The notes under the pieces are model-generated. The model saw nothing but the letters and a program-made list of their open reading frames with translations, was not told the DNA's origin and ran no database searches. From positions 43,338 through 107,337 of IMG/VR virus record IMGVR_UViG_3300017909_004140: 64,000 nt of DNA. One strand, 5' to 3'. Source of the stretch: a virus. Taxonomy: Duplodnaviria > Caudoviricetes. Shown piece by piece: positions 57,111 to 64,000 of the stretch (position 1 is the stretch's first letter; the number at the start of each line of letters is the position of its first letter). Both the position numbers and the translations under genes were made by a program.

Positions 57111-57476
57111 ATGGAGTTGTTATTCTTTTTTGCTTTGAGTGTTAAGCACGCATTAGCAGACTTATATTTACAATCTAAGTTACCTTTTGGAAACTTAAAA
57201 CTAGATTTAAAAAATCCTAAAGGATATCGTCACGCCCTTGATCATGGAGCACTTACTTTTGTAGTAGCTCTATTGTTCACTGGGCGTTTTGACATTTCAA
57301 TTAGTTTAGCTATGCTAGACTTCTTGTTACACTTTTTTATTGACTATGTTAAAGCAGTTGTAGCAAATAAACTAAAGCTAGAAACCTACTCTGAAAAGTG
57401 GTGGATGCTGACTACTCTTGATCAGATACTTCATACAAGTTGTTATCTGATGTACACATACATATTGTTCTTTTAG
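57111..57476 (+). CDS. DUF3307 family membrane protein
   Basis: KHALADLYLQ...H...HG...HFFIDYVK...DQILH. Confidence 0.8.
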   Translation: MELLFFFALSVKHALADLYLQSKLPFGNLKLDLKNPKGYRHALDHGALTFVVALLFTGRFDISISLAMLDFLLHFFIDYVKAVVANKLKLETYSEKWWMLTTLDQILHTSCYLMYTYILFF

Positions 57477-57544
57477 TCTTGCTAATTGGGCTTTTTTCTG
57501 TTATTCTATTTACATGATAAAAATTTATGTGATGGAGAGTGTAA

Positions 57545-58216
57545 ATGCCTAACTGGTGTCAAAATAGCGTTAAACTGGTAGCTCCAGATACTCAAGTGTT
57601 TGATAAATTTGTTGAACACATGGAGACTCATTGTAACTATGTACCTCCTGCATCTACTTCTTTGATCGCAGAAGATAAAGACGAACCTGCAGGATTTTGT
57701 GGTTATTTTATTCCAGAACCAAACTATGATCTTGCAGAGATTGACCCTGCTCACCCAGATCTTCATAAAGATACTACTTATCGTATGCCTGGCTGGTGGG
57801 ACTTTCGTGTTGGTAACTGGGGTACAAAGTGGGAGATTAATTGTGACTTAGAGATGCTCGACGTTGATGACGAGGAGTTGTCTATCACTATGCATTTTGA
57901 TTCTGCTTGGTCTCCTCCTACAGGCGTTTATGAGGCTGCTGTTGATCAAGGATGGAAAGTAGACGCTACCTATTGTGAGCCTGGCTGTGATTTCATTGGG
58001 TACTTTAATAACGAGGAATATGAAATGACTTTTGCACTTGGAGATCGAACAAGCACCGACGCTCCTGAGTGGTTAATTGACGACTACTCTTATGAGTATG
58101 ATTGTATTGAAGAGTATCAGCGAGAGTGTGATGTTGAAGAGCTATCTCGAGAAGAGTTCGTTAAAAAGTGGGGCGAAGACTACGCGCAAGACTGGGACAA
58201 CGCGAAGCAAGCCTAG
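57545..58216 (+). CDS. DUF1281/YubB-like ferredoxin-fold protein
   Basis: MPNWCQN...WGTKW...FDSAWSPP...Y.EPG. Confidence 0.75.
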   Translation: MPNWCQNSVKLVAPDTQVFDKFVEHMETHCNYVPPASTSLIAEDKDEPAGFCGYFIPEPNYDLAEIDPAHPDLHKDTTYRMPGWWDFRVGNWGTKWEINCDLEMLDVDDEELSITMHFDSAWSPPTGVYEAAVDQGWKVDATYCEPGCDFIGYFNNEEYEMTFALGDRTSTDAPEWLIDDYSYEYDCIEEYQRECDVEELSREEFVKKWGEDYAQDWDNAKQA

Positions 58217-58247
58217 TTAACCAAAACAATTTATAAAAGTTCTGGAC

Positions 58248-58281
58248 TTACACAGTAATTAGTGATATAATTACTGTGTAA
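58248..58281. repeat. Perfect 14-bp inverted repeat over a promoter
   Basis: TTACACAGTAATTA-GTGATA-TAATTACTGTGTAA, overlapping TGGACT-N17-TATAAT. Confidence 0.7.
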
Positions 58282-58303
58282 TTAAAGTTATATGAGGTGA
58301 CTA

Positions 58304-59029
58304 ATGAAACTACTAAAAGAAATTTATGATGAAATGCTAGATGAGAACTTTACTGGTCTAGATAAGTGGGAGCATCATCTAGAAATTTATGATGAACTTC
58401 TTCCAAAAGTTAAACCTGCTGAAGATGACACACTCGGTATCGTTAATGTTAGCGAGAGTGTTGATTCTTCTATTTTATTTCATAGATATATTCAGAATTG
58501 GAATATTCATCCTGATAATCTCAGGTTTATTCATGTACACAAAAATCCAAAAGATACAGCCAGTCTTACTAGTCTTGGAATCAAAGTCATGCAAGGCAAT
58601 GTAGAAGATGATGCTTTTTTGAGAAAAGTTGCTTCTTCTGCTGGAGCATTTAATATCTTAATTGATGATACTTGGTATACAAACTCTCAAAGATCTATTC
58701 TACTGAGACTGTATCCTCGCATGAGCGAGTCTGGATTACTTTTTGTAGAAGATACTTATCTGAACTACAGAAAGCAATATGTAACTTCCAAACCGTCTTT
58801 TGTTGAGTATATTCAAACTGCTTATAGAAACTTAGATGATTGGTATAGTAACGCTATGCAAGATAAGCAGTTTCAACTACCAATGGTTCGTAGAGATAAA
58901 GATTTTTCAGACTATCGTCAGATGACTCCTTTTGGTCTTACTACTAAGAGTATCAATCTTTATAGTGGTATGGTAGTTATTGAAAAAGCAGATATCCAAC
59001 CTCCTTATCAAAAAGTCAGAAAGTGGTAA
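58304..59029 (+). CDS. Degenerate class I methyltransferase-like protein
   Basis: DKWEHHLEIY, ILIDD, GLLFVED present; the Gly-rich SAM motif is missing. Confidence 0.5.
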   Translation: MKLLKEIYDEMLDENFTGLDKWEHHLEIYDELLPKVKPAEDDTLGIVNVSESVDSSILFHRYIQNWNIHPDNLRFIHVHKNPKDTASLTSLGIKVMQGNVEDDAFLRKVASSAGAFNILIDDTWYTNSQRSILLRLYPRMSESGLLFVEDTYLNYRKQYVTSKPSFVEYIQTAYRNLDDWYSNAMQDKQFQLPMVRRDKDFSDYRQMTPFGLTTKSINLYSGMVVIEKADIQPPYQKVRKW

Positions 59030-59761
59030 AATGAATAAAAATCTTCATGTTCCTGTTAAAATAACTTACAAATGTAAGCAGTGTAAGCAACATGCTATTC
59101 GTCCAGAGATTACTAAAGAAAACTGGATGTATGAGACTTGGCATGACTGTGCTAATAATGTTTGGAAAAAAGAAGAGAAACCTCAATCTGTAAAGGAAGC
59201 TGCATAATGGAAGAGTACTCATTTGGACAAAAGGTAGGACCTATTCGAACTGATGATAGAGATGGTCCTCTTAAAACCGCTTTTTTTGCTCCTACTGCAG
59301 GAGTGTTACGTCAAGAATTAATAACTTATAGAATGATTAGTGGTAAACTTCATAGAGAAACTGTGACACGCATTTACTCTACTGACGGAGACTATACTGA
59401 TTCTACATCAACTACGATGCTCCATAGAGGATCATCAGTTTAAAGGAGAAATATATGGAACTTGCTTTAGCATTTATAATAGCTCTTGGAACCTACGAAT
59501 GGATTAAAACAGATGACTTTGATCCTAATAAACATAAAGTGGTTTCTGGAACGGTAATTACAACCAGCTATGATAGTGGTGATTATTATCATAATATGGT
59601 TAAGCAATCTAAAAGTTCTGTAAAATGGGTAATAGACGCTCAGTCTTAAGTAGTAGTTGGAAAAACTATGAACAAGCGAGAGCGAAAAAAATACTAGAAA
59701 ATCCTGGTTGGGAAGAACCTTATCAGGATACTGAACCTTTAGATACGGAAGGAGAAGAACT

Positions 59762-60835
59762 ATGCCCCCAAGAAACTATAAAGCATGGACAAAAAAACCA
59801 GCCATAGAGCATGTAAGTAGCAAAATTTATTCAGATTATGCTATTTATGAACAAGAAGAAAAACTTATATTTTCTAAGGTTTGGGTTCCGATGTGTCACA
59901 TTAGTGAGATGAGAAATAAGGGTGACTATCGAACTATTCAAATTGCAGGAAAACGTGTAATCGCAATTAATATTGATGGTGAAAACGTACAAGCATACTA
60001 TAACACTAATGACATTGACTTTCGTCGACCTGCTGGAAATATCTCATATGATGGGTGGGCAACCGTAGAAGAACCCCTGCATTGTGAAGTTAAATATGGA
60101 CAGATGGTTTGGGTAACCTTAAACCCTGATCCTATGCCACTCGATACATGGTTAGGCGGTGCATTTGATTGTATTATTGATGCAATTGATACTGAAGAGC
60201 TAGAAGTATTTCACTACCATAAAGCAGTGATTGATACTAATTATAAACTATGGCATGATACTAATAGTGAGTTTTATCACGACTTTATGCACTACTTCAA
60301 TCGTGTGTCAGGATTTAATGATGAGTACTTTGCAAGAAAAAATATTCCTTTTAATAACGGCCATGTCAATGTTAGCTCATTTACTGTCAATTACACTGAG
60401 TATGAAGGATTCGAAGATAGAGGAGAGTTATCTTTCCCTAATTTACCTCCTAATCAATGGTACATGGTTGATCTCTTCCCAGGCTTTAACTTCAACCTTC
60501 GTGGTAGTGCCTATCGTTCAGATATCGTAACTCCTCTTGGACCTAACAAAGTTTTAATTGAGTTTCGTGGGTATGGCTTAAAGAAAGATACAAAAGAAGA
60601 GCGTACAAAACGTATTAAGGCTCATAATTCTATTTGGGGACCTTTTGGTCGTAACCTACATGAGGATCTTATTGGAGTTGCAGGACAAGGAACCACGATG
60701 CGCGAAGGAAGCGATACTCGTAATATTTTGCATGGTCGCCATGAAAACGGTACTATTCATGACGAGATTGGTATGAGACACTACTATGAAGAATGGGGTC
60801 GTTTTATGGAGCTAGATCCTGCTAGAGCTGCATGA
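59762..60835 (+). CDS. Ring-hydroxylating oxygenase alpha-subunit homolog lacking Rieske ligands
   Basis: E.KLIFSKVW...H.SE...GDY.T, NYKLWHDTNSEFYHDFMH, FPGFNF, EDL; no CxH...CxxH. Confidence 0.75.
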   Translation: MPPRNYKAWTKKPAIEHVSSKIYSDYAIYEQEEKLIFSKVWVPMCHISEMRNKGDYRTIQIAGKRVIAINIDGENVQAYYNTNDIDFRRPAGNISYDGWATVEEPLHCEVKYGQMVWVTLNPDPMPLDTWLGGAFDCIIDAIDTEELEVFHYHKAVIDTNYKLWHDTNSEFYHDFMHYFNRVSGFNDEYFARKNIPFNNGHVNVSSFTVNYTEYEGFEDRGELSFPNLPPNQWYMVDLFPGFNFNLRGSAYRSDIVTPLGPNKVLIEFRGYGLKKDTKEERTKRIKAHNSIWGPFGRNLHEDLIGVAGQGTTMREGSDTRNILHGRHENGTIHDEIGMRHYYEEWGRFMELDPARAA

Positions 60836-61023
60836 TGCAGTTCATCTGGCATATATTACTAACTGTTTGTTTAGATAATCAGTGTGTCACACAAGACGTG
60901 CAGTGGTTTGATAAGCAAGAGCAATGTTTAGAAATGTTGCCTATCTATAGATCTATCCCACAAGACGGTGAATGGGATTCTGTAACCTACATCTGCAAAC
61001 CATTACATAGCGAAAGCACATAA
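60832..61023 (+). CDS. Small Cys-containing exported protein
   Basis: Hydrophobic N-terminus, four Cys. Confidence 0.5.
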   Translation: MMQFIWHILLTVCLDNQCVTQDVQWFDKQEQCLEMLPIYRSIPQDGEWDSVTYICKPLHSEST

Positions 61024-61138
61024 TATTGAAACATTACTGGGCATGGTATAGAAAACTGCGTAAGAATTATGGAATTTTTACGAGTCTATACTGTGCTTTT
61101 TACAACTGTAAACACTATAACTTAGATGGAACATACAA

Positions 61139-61501
61139 ATGAAAACTATCATATGCGATATTGACGGAACTATTTTTGAATATGTAAAGAACGGTCATCA
61201 TGATGTAATACATAAAGAGCCTGTACTACTTCCTGGAGTAGCAGAGAAATTTAAAATTTGGGAGTTTAAAGGTTGTAGAATTATTCTTATAACAGGCAGA
61301 CGAGAAAGTGTACGAGAAGCTACTGAAACAGCACTTAGAAACGCTGGTATTCCTTTTGATGTACTACTGATGGGGTATGCTGATACTGGTCGCGTGCTTA
61401 TCAATGATATTAACTGGAAAGGTAAAGTAAAAGCTCATGCTGTGAATATGCAGCGAGATGAAGGCTGGGAAAATATAAACTGGGAGGAGTATGAGCTATG
61501 A
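61139..61501 (+). CDS. HAD-superfamily phosphatase
   Basis: CDIDGTI, ITGR, LIND. Confidence 0.8.
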   Translation: MKTIICDIDGTIFEYVKNGHHDVIHKEPVLLPGVAEKFKIWEFKGCRIILITGRRESVREATETALRNAGIPFDVLLMGYADTGRVLINDINWKGKVKAHAVNMQRDEGWENINWEEYEL

Positions 61502-61890
61502 TGAGAAAGTTTGATAAAGAACTGTTAGCAGCTTTTCTAGCTGGAATTGCTATCATCTTAGTAGCCCTAGTATGGCCAAATGAGTCGTTCAGTGAGCCTA
61601 CTCTTCGTTCTAAGCCTATACAGTGTGCTGAACCAGAAGAGATTTTTGAATTTTATGTTGAAAGAGCTGATCTTAAAGTAGAGTTTATTGCGGTAGCACA
61701 AGTTAGAACTCAACAAGGAGACGTAACTCCTCAAGCTGTGGTGTTCTTTTACAATGAGGAATCAGGTAAGTGGCTGTTTATTGAAGGAGATAAAGACTTT
61801 GCTTGTGTTGTTGGTGTAGGAGAAAAACTTGATTCTAACGTTGATCACGATACTATCATTTCATTATTCACTGGCGAGATAAAAACATGA
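61498..61890 (+). CDS. Exported or membrane-anchored hypothetical protein (paralog of 48870)
   Basis: TM/signal segment, KPIQCA...ACV. Confidence 0.6.
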   Translation: MMRKFDKELLAAFLAGIAIILVALVWPNESFSEPTLRSKPIQCAEPEEIFEFYVERADLKVEFIAVAQVRTQQGDVTPQAVVFFYNEESGKWLFIEGDKDFACVVGVGEKLDSNVDHDTIISLFTGEIKT

Positions 61891-62159
61891 AAACATTTGA
61901 TGATTTAACTTTTGAAAATAGTCCAGAAGGTATTAAAAGAGCTAAGATGAAGTTTGGAAACTATACTCTTAGTGTAATCTTAGAACCTCCTAAATCTTTA
62001 TACGAAGTTGCAATTTTTAACGATGAAGGTAGGTTTATTCAGTTACCTGGTATTCACAGAGTTCCACAAGAGGAAGAAGACTGGATTGATGATGTTATTC
62101 CTTATCTTTCTCCAGAGGCAGTTACAGGAATAATGAAAAAGCTTCAGAGTTTACGATGA
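61887..62159 (+). CDS. Hypothetical phage protein
   Basis: F.NYTLSVI...LYEVAI...DDVIPYL. Confidence 0.6.
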   Translation: MKTFDDLTFENSPEGIKRAKMKFGNYTLSVILEPPKSLYEVAIFNDEGRFIQLPGIHRVPQEEEDWIDDVIPYLSPEAVTGIMKKLQSLR

Positions 62160-62722
62160 CAGACATTACTTCAGACTGGGAACTACAGGCAAATACTTGG
62201 ATCGACATTGCATACTCTTGCATGAATACACCTCTATTACCAAAGTATCAGTATCATGTATTAGACCGTTGTTTACGGGGAGCTTCTGATATTATATCTT
62301 GTGAGACTACAGCAGTTCATTCTAATACTGCTTCCCTAATTCAATGGTGTAAGCAGTGGAGTGATCGCGCACTTGATCGGTACTGGCAGATTAGAGAATG
62401 GAAAACTGTAGAGCGTGATGGTAAACCTCCAACTCATCGTCAAATTTGTAATGCACGAATGAATACAGGCAAGCGCTGGTTTACCTGTGAACATGAGTAT
62501 CCTATTATCATTCCAAAAAAAGGAGTACGTGATGGCGGTTGGACACTACAACAGCTACGTGATTGGATGTGGGAATATTCAAAAGTGACTATTATCTTGA
62601 ACTCAGAAAACGATGAGTTGCTCCCCTTTACAGAAGACATGGATCTAGCAGCTAAAAGATACTCTGACGCGGGCATAGTTATTTGCCATCATCCTCACCA
62701 CTCAGAAGAAGATACTACTTGA
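62156..62722 (+). CDS. Hypothetical protein (possible HNH-like)
   Basis: CEHEYP...ILNSEND...RY..AGI pattern. Confidence 0.45.
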   Translation: MTDITSDWELQANTWIDIAYSCMNTPLLPKYQYHVLDRCLRGASDIISCETTAVHSNTASLIQWCKQWSDRALDRYWQIREWKTVERDGKPPTHRQICNARMNTGKRWFTCEHEYPIIIPKKGVRDGGWTLQQLRDWMWEYSKVTIILNSENDELLPFTEDMDLAAKRYSDAGIVICHHPHHSEEDTT

Positions 62723-63365
62723 CTACTTCGTGTTATTATGCTAATATATAAAAAATAGAAAAGCACTTGTTAGGAGAAGGGTAATGGATCCGAGAGATTT
62801 TTGGTATGGAGCATTTATAGCGGGATTACCGCTATTCGTAATTCTTATACTTCACTTCTTGATAACTGCTGATTTACTTCCATCATGGGCATACACACAA
62901 TGAAAAAACCAGGCTACTACTCTATAGGAGACTCAATTTTAACTCGTCACGGAGTGGCTCACATTACTGAGATTGAAAAAACTACTCCTGAAGAGCCTAA
63001 ATATGGGTTTGCTGTATACGAGATACCAGTTGGCTATCTTGGTATGTGGGTGGTATCTATGGACAACGGTCATTGGACATATGGTCATTCAGTCATGGGC
63101 CATGCAGAGGAGATATATCATGAGTCTAGTTCCATACATTGAGGTTTACCCTTTTGTAAATTCTAACTTTCCTACATATCCTAGGAATATGTGGCAAGTT
63201 GTAGAAAAAGACGTACAGGGTAATATTATCAAAGCTCTTACAGCTAAAACAGAAAAAGAAGCTGAAGTTATCAAATATCAGTTCCAACAAAGTAAGTAAC
63301 CTTACTCTTGCCTTTTACCTATTTTTATGAGATAATAACTCATAATCAGAAAAAAGGAGCATAGG

Positions 63366-63566
63366 ATGAACTACGACGAGTGGATGAAAGAAGTAGACAA
63401 AATCATGATCTCGGTCTTTGGTCTTGCACATGATGATTTGCCAGATGCTTTGTGGAGAGATAAGTTTGAAGATGGTCTGTCTCCACACGACGCTATCGAC
63501 TGCACAATGGAAGATGAGTGGGCAGACGAACCGATGGCAGATATTTGGTTTGGTGACGTAGAATGA
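63366..63566 (+). CDS. Hypothetical protein
   Basis: AGGAG RBS; DDLPD..WRD.FEDG.SP. Confidence 0.6.
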   Translation: MNYDEWMKEVDKIMISVFGLAHDDLPDALWRDKFEDGLSPHDAIDCTMEDEWADEPMADIWFGDVE

Positions 63567-63751
63567 TGTTAGAAGAGGAAGAAGCGATGTCTGGAGATGC
63601 TATTGTAAAGATGCTTGACAAAGGGCGTATCCGTGAAATGGTTGAGCAACATGGTCATGAGTGGGTGCAAGAAACACTAACAACCATTTGTTGGGATATC
63701 GCAGATGAGAAGCGTAAGCAAAAAGAACTAGAAAAGTATGTATGGGGGTAG
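63563..63751 (+). CDS. Hypothetical protein
   Basis: ATGA coupling. Confidence 0.55.
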   Translation: MMLEEEEAMSGDAIVKMLDKGRIREMVEQHGHEWVQETLTTICWDIADEKRKQKELEKYVWG

Positions 63752-64000
63752 AAGTGGCTAAATGTAGTTGTGGTAGATCGCCAACTGGTAACTGTATTGG
63801 ATGGCATAAATTGAGTGAGGCTGAGTATCAGCTAAGAAAACAAGCGTATGAAGAAGCTAAGAAAGATAGGAAGGATGGAAGAAATGTATGAAGGTGTGAC
63901 TCTCGATAATGGACTGATTGTAAAAAACGGAGTAATTCAAAATGTCGCTAGTTTTGATGCAGAAGCTCTGAAGAAAAAAGTTGAGGCTCTTCAAGTTCCA

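Noticed and set aside
821-62676. Many 60-130 aa ORFs nested in or antisense to long genes (e.g. 821+, 2018+, 11037-, 41517-, 51028-, 52371-, 60231+, 62440-)
   Set aside because: They lie within well-supported genes, lack an RBS and show no recognisable motifs
1-64000. Cellular (bacterial) origin or an alternative genetic code
   Set aside because: Tail fibres, lysis genes, dense small ORFs and scattered auxiliary genes indicate a phage; known genes translate full length in code 11 with all three stop codons in use

Overview
AT-rich, gene-dense segment of a large dsDNA tailed bacteriophage genome. The host is probably a marine alphaproteobacterium, inferred from the two-piece tmRNA with an ANDNF-type tag, pseudoazurin and a ROSE-like hsp20 leader. 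From left to right: (1) minus-strand nucleotide-sugar/glycosyltransferase operon (gmd, colD-type dehydratase, hldD, GTs); (2) circularly permuted tmRNA with an ORF inside its intervening sequence, and ribosomal protein bS21; (3) auxiliary genes guaC, Fpg/Nei, pseudoazurin, exonuclease, IscA; (4) four paralogous repeat (beta-propeller-like) proteins mixed with a lysis module (lysozyme, spanin pair, EF-hand membrane protein, lipase) and thyX; (5) a 10.6 kb inverted 14-gene operon with four radical SAM enzymes, three 2OG/Fe oxygenases, a GNAT and a CmoA-like methyltransferase around a 199-aa protein ending in CHASCHSNCHSSRGRR, a candidate phage RiPP-like or virion-protein modification system; (6) tRNAs and tail fibres; (7) after phoH, a 1.7 kb GC-rich non-coding block that looks like a tandem array of separately promoted structured RNAs, one of about 1 kb; (8) a second glycan-modification mini-cluster, hsp20, a five-tRNA cluster including an odd long-arm tRNA(UAU), bL33, a protein kinase, a ring-hydroxylating oxygenase lacking its Rieske ligands, and many small hypothetical genes. 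All calls come from reading motifs by eye; no database search was run.
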